A stretch of 64,000 nucleotides of DNA, from NCBI GenBank assembly GCA_965198115.1, contig OZ240241.1, positions 8,192,001 through 8,256,000 on the forward strand. The letters run 5' to 3'. The notes under the pieces are model-generated. The model saw only the letters and a program-made list of their open reading frames with translations. It was not told the DNA's origin and did not search any database. The position numbers and the translations under genes are program-made. Of this stretch, positions 12,634 through 25,300 are shown one piece after another; position 1 is the first letter of the stretch, and every line of letters starts with the position of its first letter. This DNA comes from Candidatus Latescibacterota bacterium. Its GTDB lineage: Bacteria; Latescibacterota; UBA2968.

Positions 12634-12952
12634 TCCGCGCTACCGGTGCGCAACACGGAAGGTTCTTCCTCGCACAGAGCAAAGGAACGAGGATCCTTTT
12701 CAATCGTAAACTGGTAATTAACAATATGTTGAATATATGGTGTGTGTGGCGATGGCATCTGGTACAGTCGTTGCTTTTCTGGTTGGTGAGGTAGTCGGCA
12801 CACCCCTTTGCGGCTGCCCATCGAACATTCGATAACCGTAGGCTCTCCGAAAAGAGAGGTCAAGCTCCGGCCCCAAGTAGGCCGGCCATCCCAGTAGGTT
12901 CACCCCACAGCCGTTCCCGGCTTGCCCAGCCGGGGATCGCAGGAGTTTGGTT
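12634..12952. promoter_or_regulatory. Divergent intergenic/promoter region between the ligase-TPR array and the surface-protein genes
   Basis: Head-to-head genes, an AT-rich patch at about 12695-12740, and AGGAG at 12941-12945 before ATG 12953. Exact promoter boxes were not identified. Confidence 0.5.
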
Positions 12953-15900
12953 ATGCTCACGATGAGCTCAATCATCGGGCCCAAAGGGATCCGCTCGCTC
13001 ACACGGGTGATGCTCTCCCTTCTCTTCCTCTGTTCGGCAAGTTACGCGCAAACTGTAACTGTCCTGCCCGATCAGATCCCCAACGGAATCACAACGCCGT
13101 CCGAATTCAGACAGCGGATCGACATCGTCCTGAACGGCCCCGAGGCCGGTCTGACGGTTTCGTTCACGATCACGCTCCCTCCAGAAGTGAGCCTGGTCAC
13201 GAATTCAGCGACGGTTACCTCCGACAACTCGGCCCTCGTGCCGTTCTTAAAGGGCATTCCGTCGGCCACCCAACTCGCGTTCGGCCTGACCGGTACGGCC
13301 AATGGGCAGAAAGTGAGCGTGGAGCTCGACGTGCGAACGCCTGTGAGTTTTACGGGCATCAGCAGTGGATCAGCGCTCGATACGGCCTACGTCATCGACT
13401 TCGCCGACGACTTCGCATCGAACGTCGACCGTCGCCCGGAAGTCTTCCTCCACCAGAACAAGCAGATTCAGTTCGTGAAGTTTACCTCGCCCGATTCGAC
13501 GATCGGTGATACGACCACGCTCGGTGGACGGCTCTACCACATGGAATTCGAGCCCCAGTTCGGCACCCAGGGTCTGCCCGACCTGGAGCACACGGGGGTG
13601 ACGACGGCGTCTCAGGGGTTTGTGGACAACGCGACGGATGTCACCTACACCTTTTACGTTTCGACGGACTCCACCCTGATTAAGAGTAACTCCCAAACGG
13701 CAGGGGCCCTGTTCACGATTGGAGCGGACGATCAGCCGCTTGTAGGACAGCGTCAAAACCCACGTTTTATCCCAGCGACCTTCATTCGCGAGGACTTCAC
13801 GACAGTATTCGCCGACTCGACCGAGGCGATGATTTCGCTGGCGAACACACCTGACGACGACAACGTCTTCATTTACATGACGTCCGACGTGACGGACGAC
13901 TGGTTCCTCGGACGAAGCGGGCCCCTCCGCGTCTTGCATCCTCCAGAGTTCGTCATCGCCGGCTGGGACTACTACGACGACGGTGGGGATGACTTTAACA
14001 CGACCGGGCTTATTCAGGTGCCCAGCGAGCTGATCGGGGGCGGCGGACAGAAGGACAACAACGATATCACAGTCGATAGCGGTCTCTTCCTGGCCAGGGG
14101 TAGTGCGATACCCCAGGTCGGGTTCAATCCGTCTTCCATATCGAATCTCGACTTGCTTTTCAAAGTGGAAGACTCTGACAACGCGGGAACAGTCGAAGTC
14201 GGGATTTTCCTGCTTTCGACCGCATTTCCGAGTGTGACCTTGGCCGATCTCGATCCGCTCGGGGGTGGTTCTCCAGACACGTTGAGCAACGCCATTCTGG
14301 TAACGTCGACACTTCTGACGGCAGCCGAGCAGGTGTTCGACTTCGAGCCCCTGACACGCGACGCCGTCGCAGACACGATTACGAGTTTCCTCGATCCAGG
14401 GGACTATCACGTCTACTTCGGCGCGATGGATGCCGACGGCAACAAAGCGCTTCACAGGGTGCGCAGAGATCCCTTCGCGAATCCTGGCGTGGATGCTGTC
14501 CTGACGGCCGGACATTCCTCCACGCTCACGCTCGACCTTGCCCAGTTTAACGATTTCGATGGGGACGGCGACCTGGATGTTGAGACAGGCATCGGCTTGT
14601 CGCAGATGATCAACAGCACGAACGGTCTCGGGCTGTCCATTTCACCATCACGACGGATTGTTCCCATTTCCTGGGGTAGGGCCGGAATTGATGGGGACCT
14701 GGACGTGGACAACACGGCGACCCTGGACCTCTATTTCAGCACGCGAAGTGATTTTCGCGAGGCGGGGGCCAGCATTGCCTATACGAGCGGAAACTCCGAC
14801 GGGACGGATCTTCTTTCGGCTATCGCCCAGGGAGGGACCGACACTCACGAAATCGAGACGAACATCGACCTGTCGGACGACCGTCAGTTCGATAATCTGT
14901 TCGAGTGGGATGTCTGGTCCTATATGTCCCCGGAAGGCACGGTGCCCGCAACAGACACGCGCTACTTCATCTATGGCATTCTGAAGGGCGGAGGACCACA
15001 GAGGCTGGTTTCGTTCACGGGATCGGGTGCCCTCAACTTCCAGCACCCGCCGTATGTGATGGTTAACGAACCCCGCAGTGGAACACTCATGCCGTCCACG
15101 AATCAGCCAGTGACTGTCAGCTGGATGTCCGTCGACATTGACAACGGAGGCACACCCGTAACAGGTGTGCCGGCCAATGGCTTGTCGGCCCCGAACACCC
15201 GGAGCAACGCACCGAACATTCGGATTCTGCTGACCTCCGTGAACCTGAGTGGATCCAATGTAACGACCTGGGCCACCATCACGGCCCTCAGCACGAGTCA
15301 GGGACGCCCCATCTGGATCGCGAACTCGACGGATGGATCGCTCGCCGGCGAGATCGAGCTGAACGAGGGCGTCGACTCCAGCTTCGTGTTCCGTGGCGAG
15401 TTTCTCTATGAGAATCTGGGCGGAGCGGCTACCCAGGGCCTGAAGATTGGAGCGGATCTGGATGTCTACATCGCGGTCGACGGAGGAGGGGACGGCAGTC
15501 AGCCGACCGACTTCCATCGCTTTTCGCCCGTGGTGAAGGCAGGCGGAGATATCCGGTTCACGGGCAGCGAACCGACGGCCGCGCCGACGCCGGCCGACGA
15601 ATGGGTCGTCGCCAACGAACTGAAGGTCACGGTCGGCGAGTTCATCCAGTGGGATATTAGCCCGAATGTCGCGCCCGCCGGAACCAAGGTCGAGATAGCG
15701 AACATCTACGTGACCGTCGATTCGAGTCACTACTCCCCGGTCGACCAAGACCCTGTGGCGCCCGGCATACAGCCCTTCAGTGTCGGGTCGAAGTCGATGC
15801 TGGATACCTCCCTGGTCACGCAGGGCGCGTATCTCGATCCGACGACGGCCTCGACCTGGCGCTTCGACTTCCGATACGACGACAACGGAGGTTCCGGCAT

Positions 15901-16103
15901 CACGTTTTTCGACGGAGCGCATCCATTGGCGATCCTCAACCTCCAGGCGCTGACTTTCACGGGCGCTTCGACGATCACGATCGACGACAGCGGGTCTCGA
16001 ACGAGCAATCTTCTGGATGACACGCTTACGGACCTGGATCCCTCTTCCGTATCGACGACGGTAAATATCTCGTGAGAGGATAGCTGCTTTGAGGTGATCG
16101 GAA

Positions 16104-17477
16104 GAGCTATAATCAAAAGGTGTGGAAAAAGAGAAAGGGCGACCCTACCCTTCCCGTGAGATAGTTGATTCACACAAAACCGGGTGAGAGGCCCGGTTGG
16201 GAAGGAGGATCGCCGTGAAGGAACATACGCATAGAGCCCCATTGAAGTCCATGCCGACGTGGGAGACGGTTGACGATTGGATCCGTGAAGAGATCCAGGG
16301 CCGGTTCCAGTCCATTCTGGAGGAGGAGGCGACCGCGTTCTTGGGCCGGTCGTGGTATGAGCGCCGAGCCGAGGTCGATAGCTCCACGGGCTACAGGAAC
16401 GGCTACGGCAAGCCCCGGCGTCTCTCGACGAGCTGCGGAACGATCAAGGTCCGGCGTCCCCGGGTTCGTGGTCTGGAAGAGCGGTTTGAAAGCCGCATCC
16501 TCCCCCTGTTCGCCCGGAGAACCAGGGCCATTGGAGATCTGCTTCCCGACCTTTATCTCCACGGTCTCTCCCAGGGCGACTTCGAGTTGTCTTTGCGTGC
16601 GCTGCTCGGTGATGGCGCGCCGCTTTCGCCGACCTCGATCGCTCGTCTTCGAGGGAAGTGGGAGGTCGACTTCCAGGACTGGAAAGAAAGGCGTCTGGAT
16701 AATCGCGAACTGGTCTACGCCTGGGCTGATGGCATCTACGTCAAAGCCGGGCTCGAGCGCGAGAAGGCGTGTCTGCTGGTCGTGATCGGCGCGATGAGCG
16801 ACGGCAGCAAGGAGATCCTGGCGATAGAACCCGGTTATCGAGAGTCTACAGAATCCTGGCTCACGGTGCTCCGGGATCTCCGGGATCGCGGGCTCGAACA
16901 TCCTGTCCTGATCGCCGCGGACGGGAATATGGGCATCTGGGCGGCCGTTGATCAGGTCTGGCCAGAGAGCCGGCAACAACGGTGCTGGAACCACAAGATC
17001 CTCAACGTGCTCGACAAGGTCGCCAAGCGTGCACAGGCTGAAGCCCGCGCACTGCTCGTCCAGATCCCCTATGCCGGCACGAAAAAGGAGGCCGAGAAGC
17101 TCCGGAAACGCTTTGCCGCACGGTATCGCTCACAGTTCCCTGCCGCCGTGGAGACGCTCGAAAGAGACTGGGATCGGATGGTCACGTTCTACGACTTCCC
17201 GAAGGAACACTGGAAACACCTGAGAACCACGAACGTCGTCGAGAGCCCCTTTGCTTCCGTTCGGCTTCGCACAAACGCCGCCAGGCGATTCAAGAAAGTC
17301 AGGAACGCCACGGCTCTCATCTGGCGTACGCTCAAGGTCGCAGAGAGCCGATTCAGGAAACTCACCGCGCCACACTTGCTACAACAAGTCTACGATCAGA
17401 AACACTCAACCGGACCGCAGGTCGAAACCGGGAAGATGGCCGCCTGATTTCTTTTACACACCTATTGACCTGAACTC
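16104..17477 (+). mobile_element. IS256-family insertion sequence, preceded by 32 unexplained bp (16072-16103)
   Basis: Imperfect IRs GAGctataaTCAAaAGGTGTGgAAAA and GAGttcaggTCAAtAGGTGTGtAAAA (reverse complement of the right end). ATCTC is duplicated at 16067-16071 and 17478-17482. Confidence 0.85.
16197..17447 (+). CDS. IS256-family (Mutator-type) transposase
   Basis: Motifs GYRNGY, LYLHGLSQGDF, WADGIY, ESTESW, QRCWNHK and LRTTNVVESPF. The exact start codon is uncertain. Confidence 0.93.
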   Translation: MGRRIAVKEHTHRAPLKSMPTWETVDDWIREEIQGRFQSILEEEATAFLGRSWYERRAEVDSSTGYRNGYGKPRRLSTSCGTIKVRRPRVRGLEERFESRILPLFARRTRAIGDLLPDLYLHGLSQGDFELSLRALLGDGAPLSPTSIARLRGKWEVDFQDWKERRLDNRELVYAWADGIYVKAGLEREKACLLVVIGAMSDGSKEILAIEPGYRESTESWLTVLRDLRDRGLEHPVLIAADGNMGIWAAVDQVWPESRQQRCWNHKILNVLDKVAKRAQAEARALLVQIPYAGTKKEAEKLRKRFAARYRSQFPAAVETLERDWDRMVTFYDFPKEHWKHLRTTNVVESPFASVRLRTNAARRFKKVRNATALIWRTLKVAESRFRKLTAPHLLQQVYDQKHSTGPQVETGKMAA

Positions 17478-19745
17478 ATCTCATCCAGAACGACTGTCTC
17501 GGGTAGTGTCCCCCTCCAGAATCGACAGACAACTGCGCACCCGTCCGAGGACATCGTGACATTTTCGCTCAGACGTGTTGGCAGCTTTGTAACGTTCACC
17601 GACTCGCTTTTCGAACTGCAGGATACGGATCTGGACAAGGCAGGTGTGCAGGTCATGTCCCACAATGAACTTGGCACGTACGATCTGTTCCAGGTGCTGG
17701 CGGGACGTTGGATCCTCTCCGCCGCTGTCGATCGCTACCTGACAGGGCACGATACACTTGTTGTCTCGCCCGGCCAAGCCCCGATCGGCGCGTTCAACCC
17801 AGTCAAGCTGGGTGATGGTTCGGGATCGGAGCTGATGGGAGGGGACGCTGCAGGCTATAACGACTCGACAGGCGCGTCTCTGCCCGACAACTTCATTGAC
17901 GGATCCGACATCAGTGCGATCAATGCATCGTTGTTCAAGGTTCTGGTTCCTTTCGATCCGGATTACAACACCTTCGCCGACATCAACCAGGACAGCGTCG
18001 TGAACGGCACGGACAAGGATATGGCTACAGCGAACCAGACGAGCAACATCGGCGAGGTCGGCAAGAAGGTGCCCATATTCCCGACGTTCAAACAAGCCGT
18101 GATCACGGGTGACAACACAGGCGCGATGGTCCATCTCGATGGTGTCCCGTCCGAGGAAGTCAAGCCCGGCGAGACGTTCGATGTGAAAGTCGTTGTGGAT
18201 GGGGCGAGCCTCGTCCGAACCTATGAATTCCACGTAAGCTATGATCCGGAAAAGCTCGCCGTGGTGGATCTGGTATCGACGGGAGATCTGTTCACGAACT
18301 ATCTGTTCGACGTCGGCGGGAAAATCCGCGACGGGGACTTCGGAATCGTGAATTCCATCCTGGGACCGACGCCGATCGGAGGTTCCGGATCTGCCGAGTT
18401 GGGAACCGTTCGGTTCAGGGCGATCAGCCGCGCTTCGCAAACACACCTCTGTGTCTCGGACGCCCTCCTGATCAATGTCGAGCACGATGGAGCGACGCCG
18501 CTGCTGGGTGACGCCTTTACGGTATCATTATCCCGCGATCCTATACCCTACCACGACGAGGAGGGTGAGGTCATCTACGGTCTTATCCACAGTGACGTGG
18601 ACGATACGATCGACTTCAACGATTTCATCACGTTTGCCGGCAGTTTCGGCAAGCAAGTCGACGATCCGGGGTACGACGTCAGGGCGGATCTGACCGGCGA
18701 TGACAACGTCGACTTCTCGGATTTCCTGATTTTCTCCCGACACTTCGGCAAGACGGCCGTCGATGTACCGCCATCGGCCAAGCGCACGAAGGTGCTGACG
18801 AAGCCGCTTCCGCCGAAGAACGTCGGTTCGGTCGTGGCTCTGTCGGAGGTCGGAACCAGCAGGTCCGGAGACCCTGTGCACGTGATGCTGGCATTGCAGG
18901 GTGGCGAGACCGTGACGGCGTGGAGTGCTCAGGTCACCTACGATCCGACGGCTTTGGTCTTCAAGGAAGCCCGGTTGACGGATGGATCCCTTCTCACCCT
19001 GAACGGCGAGGCGCCTCTGCTGCTGGTGCAGTCTGACGGTCCTGGCCACGTCAGGGTCGGAAACGCTCTATCCGCCGGCGAACCCGCTTCCGGTTCGGCC
19101 GGTCTCGTGAGTCTGGTCTTCCAGCCTGTTCAGGATGAGTCTCAGCATCACGTGGATCTCCTCGACGCATTCATCTACGATGATCTGGGGCGAAGGACGC
19201 GTGCGCTGGGCGATGGCCCCCTCGTCGTGCGACCACTGCCGGCGGAGTTCGCACTGTATCAGAACTTCCCAAACCCGTTCAACCCCGAAACCCAGATTGC
19301 GTACGACCTGGCCGTCAGGCTGGAGATTTACAGCGTGACGGGACAGATGATTCACGCACTCGTGAGCGAACGTCAACCCGCAGGACGCTACCGCGTCGTG
19401 TGGCGAGGCGACGACGCCTCGGGTAGAAACGTGGCGAGTGGAATCTATTTCTCGAGAATGAGAGCGGGAAGCTACGCGGCTGTCAGAAAATTGATGCTGC
19501 TCAAGTAGGCGGGTTGCGTGCCTCCTCCACGCGGACGCATCGGAGTGAGGAGGTTTCCAACCGCGTTCTGGGCGCAAGCGGGGTTCCAGCCGCCGGTTCA
19601 GCGCTGAGAGAAGTTGCCAGAATCACGAGCTTTCGTCCCAAAGTTTGGCACGGCCATCCCAGTGAATTGAGAATGGGGTGTGAAGAGCTAAGACTGTCGG
19701 CGTGATTGCGTAGCCGGGGACGACTACAGGGCGGAACCGCGGTTA

Positions 19746-21038
19746 GGGTTTGCCACGAAATAAGTGCTGCACTTTTCAAGGTAATGATCTTACGCTCGGA
19801 GTGTGGACGTCGAAACTCTCCGAACGAAGTATGAAGCCTTGGCTCCGGTGCTGACGGAACGCACGCGTCGTCTGTGGGCCGCCACGGAAGCCGAAGCGTT
19901 GGGTCACGGTGGGATCTCGATTGTGGCTCTGGCGACAGGAATGTCCAGAGAGCGGATCTTTCGTGGCATTCAGGAGTTGAGGTCGGACGAACCTTTGGAC
20001 CCGGCTCGCATCCGGCGTCCAGGCGGCGGTCGTAAGCGGAAGGCCGACACGGACCCGACGCTGTGGCAGGACCTGAATGATCTGGTCGAGCCAACGACTG
20101 CGGGGTCGCCTGACGACAATCCTCTGAGATGGACATCGAAGAGCACTCGCAAACTGGCCGCCGAGTTGCAAGCGATGGGGCATTCGGTGAGCCCCAGGAT
20201 CGTTGCCAATCTCCTGCACGAACACGATTACACGCTGCAGGCGAATCGGAAGACAAGGGAGGGATCTGCACACCCGGATCGGGACGCTCAGTTCGTTTAC
20301 CTCGATGATCGGATTAGCCAGCAGCAGCAGCAGGGCCTTCCCGTTATCTCGGTGGACACCAAGAAGAAAGAGTTGATCGGCGACTTCAAGAATCCTGGCC
20401 GAGAATGGCGACCCAAGGGAGACCCGGAGCGTGTGAAGGTACACGATTTCATAGTGCCTGCTCAGGGCAAGGCGATCCCTTATGGAGTGTATGATCTGAG
20501 CCGTGATGAAGGCTGGGTAAGTGTCGGTATCGATCACGACACGGCCAGCTTCGCCGTGAATGCGATCCGAAGTTGGTGGAAGAACATGGGACGGCCCGCC
20601 TACGGCACTTCGACGCATCTGCTAATCACGGCGGACGCAGGCGGCAGCAACGGCGCCAAGACGCGGCTGTGGAAGTGGGAGCTGCAGCGCTTTGCGAATC
20701 GCACTGGCCTGACGATCACCGTATGCCACTACCCTCCTGGCACTAGTAAGTGGAACAAGATCGAACATCGCCTGTTCTCCTTCATCGCTATGAACTGGCG
20801 AGGCAAGCCCCTGGTCAGCCTGGCTGCAACCGTGAATCTCATTGCCGGAACGACCACTCAAGCCGGTCTCCGAGTACGCTCCGAGATCGACAAGCGACCC
20901 TACCCTAACGGGGTCAAGGTGACCGATGAACAGATGACCCAAATCGATCTCACTCCGCACGATTTCCACGGCGACTGGAACTACACGATCCGGCCAATGG
21001 CTCAACATTGAGATCGACCGTTTATTTATTCCGAACCC
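19746..21038 (+). mobile_element. ISAzo13-family insertion sequence
   Basis: Ends GGGTTtgccacgAAATAA and GGGTTcggaatAAATAA (reverse complement). TTA is duplicated at 19743-19745 and 21039-21041. Confidence 0.8.
19803..21011 (+). CDS. ISAzo13-family (Rhodopirellula-type DDE) transposase
   Basis: Motifs RIRRPGGGRK, PLRWTSKS, HPDRDAQF, ISVDTKKKELIG, ADAGGSNG, PPGTSKWNKIEHRLFS and FHGDWNYTI. Confidence 0.93.
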   Translation: MDVETLRTKYEALAPVLTERTRRLWAATEAEALGHGGISIVALATGMSRERIFRGIQELRSDEPLDPARIRRPGGGRKRKADTDPTLWQDLNDLVEPTTAGSPDDNPLRWTSKSTRKLAAELQAMGHSVSPRIVANLLHEHDYTLQANRKTREGSAHPDRDAQFVYLDDRISQQQQQGLPVISVDTKKKELIGDFKNPGREWRPKGDPERVKVHDFIVPAQGKAIPYGVYDLSRDEGWVSVGIDHDTASFAVNAIRSWWKNMGRPAYGTSTHLLITADAGGSNGAKTRLWKWELQRFANRTGLTITVCHYPPGTSKWNKIEHRLFSFIAMNWRGKPLVSLAATVNLIAGTTTQAGLRVRSEIDKRPYPNGVKVTDEQMTQIDLTPHDFHGDWNYTIRPMAQH

Positions 21039-22341
21039 TTAGCCCTTCTGCATCCTAAAGAATCAAACCCCCCTCTGCCGGTCGAGAGTGGGCACATCGT
21101 ATCGATCTGTAAGATGGGTGCTGTGAAAACGGCCGACCGGTCGTGAGGCTCACCCTGTGGTGACGCTGTCTACCAGATCTTGTAGCGGATCGGTGTCGAT
21201 CATCCATCGACAACAAGATGGTGTACACCTACCCCAAGACGCTCCTCGATGGAACACGGCGTAGCGGGGGGCGATAGACACCTTGCAAAAAAGGCTTCGA
21301 TGACCAGTGCCGCGCCTTGGGAGGGTCGGGTATACCCACGATGGGCAGCGACGGGTCAATGTAGCCGGCTTGCCGTCTTGGGAACGGACCGAGTCATAGA
21401 GCGTAGAATACGGCCGACGTGCGAATTCCGTCTTCCTGGAGCGCGGAACAAGGCAGCGCCGGTCCAACTGAGTTTGGGCGAGTCCGGAATCGCGCTTTCT
21501 TCTGGGCAGGCGATGAGGCGAGCGCCAAACCTTGGGTCGTTGGACAAAGGGTGTGAACCCAACCCTCGATCTATGCCCGCTTCAAGGTCTGAGCGAACAC
21601 AACATACTGTACCAGAAGTACGTCCCGATACAAGATGATTGGTGACAGTTCATCAGGAGGTTGCCGTATCGAAGGTCATCTGAATCCCAAATGATCGTCG
21701 CTGCCTCAGGTGTTGGGGAACGCCTGGGCCGCGATGGAGCCGTCGATCTACCGTACGTCGATGGAACGAATCTCTCAGGGGTGGGAGTTACCTGGGAGAT
21801 GTTTCTGTTTCTGGCGGACTGTAGCCTCGGCGAAGACCACACACTTGCGCTCGCAAAGGAGGTCCTCGTGCCAGAATCCAGTGCCCCCTCTTTCCGTGGC
21901 TGAGTACGTCCGAAATGGTGATGCAGGGGGTATCCTGCGCAACCGGTCAGGTGCGTCTCAGAGGTCAGATAATGCTTAAGGTTGGCTTTTACACTGCCGA
22001 TAGTAGGACTACGTATTCGAGGCAGATCCATGTCCATCCGTGCATTCTCGACATCGCTGTTGCCTCGTAAATGGCTGTTCTGGAATGATTTAAATAGAAG
22101 TTTCATAAGAAGCAGACGAACAGAAATCAAAAATCAAACCATAAACGGAGGTGATGCACACGTTGTGTCGTAGGGCGCCGCGATAAGTCGCGTGGGAGGA
22201 TTTCGACGGCGTGAGACGGATTTTCAACCCGGTTTTCGGGACTCGGCTAATACGGACGTTAGTCGACCCGGGGACTTTCGAAGCAATGGAGCGATCGAAC
22301 GCTCCAAAGCAGTTTTCAACAGTCCAAGGAAGGAGCTAGTG

Positions 22342-25300
22342 ATGAAACAGAGGCTCTTGAGTTTAATAGGGATCGTGCTGGTCCTGTTCCTCGCACCGGG
22401 GAACGGTTCGGGCCAGACGATCACCCTGACACCCGATGCGATCCCGAACGGCATCGCGTCGTTGTCTGGGGAACAGTACCACCAGCGGATGGATATTCAG
22501 CTGGGTGGAACAGCTTCGGCTGTTATCAACGCTTTCACGATCACGCTTCCTGCCGAGGTCACCTACGTGGCGACCTCCGGCACGGCCGCACACAATGCTG
22601 CTGGCGCTGGGGTCAGGCTCCAGGCAGTTTTGGGTCAGAATCTCACCTTTGACATCTCTGGTGTTGCGGCGAGCCAGACCCACACGGTCGAGTTCGACGT
22701 GACGACGCCCGCCAGCTTTACCGGGATTCCGACGGGCACGAAGGTGGACACGTTCTACGTGGTCGACTTTAATGACGACGTCGGTTCGGCTCAGGATGTT
22801 GCCGTTGCGAAGCATCAGAATCTGCGTGTCGAGTCGGTGTCCTTCTCGGCTCCGGATTCGACTCAGGGCGACACCACGAGCGCGGGCGGGTGCTTTTACA
22901 AGCTGGCCTTCCCGAGTACGCTTCCTGACTACAGTCATACCTTCACCTCGGGACTGAGTGCCGCTGACCTAGCCGGTCTGGTCCCGATCTTCGCTGATGC
23001 GGCGACGGATATCCAATACACGTTCTATCTGTCGACGGATTCCAGTCTGATCGAACGTCCGCTCACGCTCGCTCCGGCCAGCCACTTCACGCTTTTGGCC
23101 GATCCGACGAGCGGTCCTCTCGCGGGCTCGCGGCAGAATCCTCGATTCATTCCCGCCACGTTCATTCGTGAGGACTTTACGACAGCCTTCGCCACGAACG
23201 CGTCTGATAGCGTCAATGGCGTGATCTCCCTCGCGGGTACGACGGACGACACGGTCTACTTCGTCTACGCGCTTGCAGACCCTGCCACCGGTCGCAATCC
23301 GACGCTCAATGTGGGTAGTGGTGGCGACGGTACCGGCGTAGGTAAAAAGGCTTTTGACCCGACGACGTTCGGCGCCTTTTCCGGCGGCGTGTTCCTCGGA
23401 CGTAGCGGACCGCTTCTCGTGCAGCATCCGCCCGAATTTGTGATCGCCGGGTGGGACTACGATGACGACACCAACGACGACTACGCCACGACCGGAGTCA
23501 TCCAGGTTCCGAGCGACATCAATGGGATGGGGGTGACAGCCGGCAACACGAAGGATAACCGCAACATCACGGTCGATTCGGGTCAATTCGAGCCGAAGGG
23601 AACGACCACGCTGACGACGCTTGCCGGCGGGCTCGTCCCCAAGTCGATCAACACATTCAGCATGCTGTTCGTGGCCGAAGACGCCGACAACCCGAATAAC
23701 TTCCAGATGAACATCATTCTGTCGACGAACAGCGGTCTGACGGTGAATGAACTGTCGGGTGGAGGCATCGATTCGTTCGACGTGGCGAGTTCGATTCGCG
23801 TGGCCGGTACGGACACGCTGACCACGAACCATCGAGTGTTCTCCTTCGATCCGATCGTTCGCGACTCTGCGACCAATCTGATCACCTCGTTCATCGCCGA
23901 AGCGACGTACAGCGTCTACTTCGTGGCGACGGACGGTACGAATCGGACGGTCTACCAGGTTTCGGACGATCCGTTCGCGGCGTCTCCGACGTTCTCGACG
24001 GTGACGGTGGCCCATTCTCCGAACATCGGGCAATTGGACTCCTATTCCGTCAACGACTTCGGCGGGGACGGCGATCTCGACGTGAACACAGGGATCGATC
24101 TTTCTCAGATGTTCTCGACCGCCGCTTTCGCCGGTGGCGACGACGATGGTAAGAATCTGAGTGGCGGCCCCTCCCAGCGGTTCGTGAACATCCACTGGGG
24201 TGGCGGCGGTTTGGACAACGACATCGACGTCGACGACGACGCGACGGTCGAATTCTACTACAGCACCCGTGCGGACTTCAACGGAGCAGGTAAGAGCTTC
24301 GAATTCACGAGTGGCAACTCCGATGGTTCGGATCTGCTTGCTGCCATCGTACAGGGCAACAACGACACGCACCTGATCGGAAGCGTCAGTGAAAATCCCG
24401 ATGGCAAGTTCGACGACAACTTCCAGTGGGATCTCTGGACATACGTCTCTCCGGAAAACACTATTCCGCGCACCGGCGTCAAGTATTTCCTGTATTCGAT
24501 TATGACCGGTGGCACGACCCGTCGTCTCGTTTCGTTCACGGAAGACGGTTCCACCGTTGCTCCAGGCACGACGCCCGTGGGCGTCAACTTCGAGCATTCG
24601 CCCTACGCTCGCGTTATCGAGCCATCCCAGGACATTACCGTGTCCGTCGATGAGCCGGTGAACGTGATCTGGGAGGCGGTCGATGTGGATAACGCCGCAG
24701 CAAGCGGTTTGAGCGCGGTACCTGCTGGGACGAGTGGACGTTCGTCTCCGAACAGCCGGGCCGACTCGCCGAACTTGCGGATCATCTTGACGTCCACCGA
24801 CTTCGGTGAGGTGACCAACTGGGCTACGCTCAACGCTGCGACGGCCCCGGTCTACTTCCTCGGTAACTCCAGCGCCGGTGGTTTCTCTGGTGAGATCGAG
24901 CTCAACGAAGGTGTCGATACCGCTTTCGTCATCCAGGGCAACCGGATGCGGAACGGTGTTCTCGCCAACGCCACGGTGGGTACCGATATGGGCACGAACA
25001 ACGGTCTGGGTACGACCTACTTCGTCTACCTAGCCGTAGATTCGGGTCTGGACGGAACCTCCGCAGCACAGGGTCAGTTCTTTAGCGGTCGTTCGCCGGC
25101 CGTTCGGGCACCTGGCCGTGTGACGTTCACCGGTGTGGTTCCGACTTCTGCTTCGACAAGTGCCAAGTTCGTGATTCCGACGCGTATGACGGCCGTTTCG
25201 GAAGAGCTGATTCGGTACCCGATCGTCCCCGACGAGGGTGACGGCACTGGTGGAACGACTATCGAAGTCGTGAACATCTTCCTCACGGTCGATGCCAGCC

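Larger units (their letters stand above)
12953..19508 (+). pseudogene. Large secreted surface protein A (about 1715 aa restored; Ig-like repeats, cohesin/dockerin-like modules, FlgD-Ig/T9SS-type CTD), interrupted by an IS256-family element
   Basis: Signal peptide ...LLFLCSASYA-QT. Removing 16072..17482 fuses TTVNI to SSRTTVSGSVPLQ in frame, collinear with paralogue B. EF-hand dockerin-like loops (ADINQDSVVNGTD, ADLTGDDNVDFSDF). C-terminus QNFPNPFNP...RKLMLLK. Confidence 0.85.

Noticed and set aside
14540-14720. DFDGDGDLDV as evidence of an FG-GAP/VCBS propeller
   Set aside because: Only isolated loops are present, with no periodic blade repeats. They are treated as Ca-binding loops.
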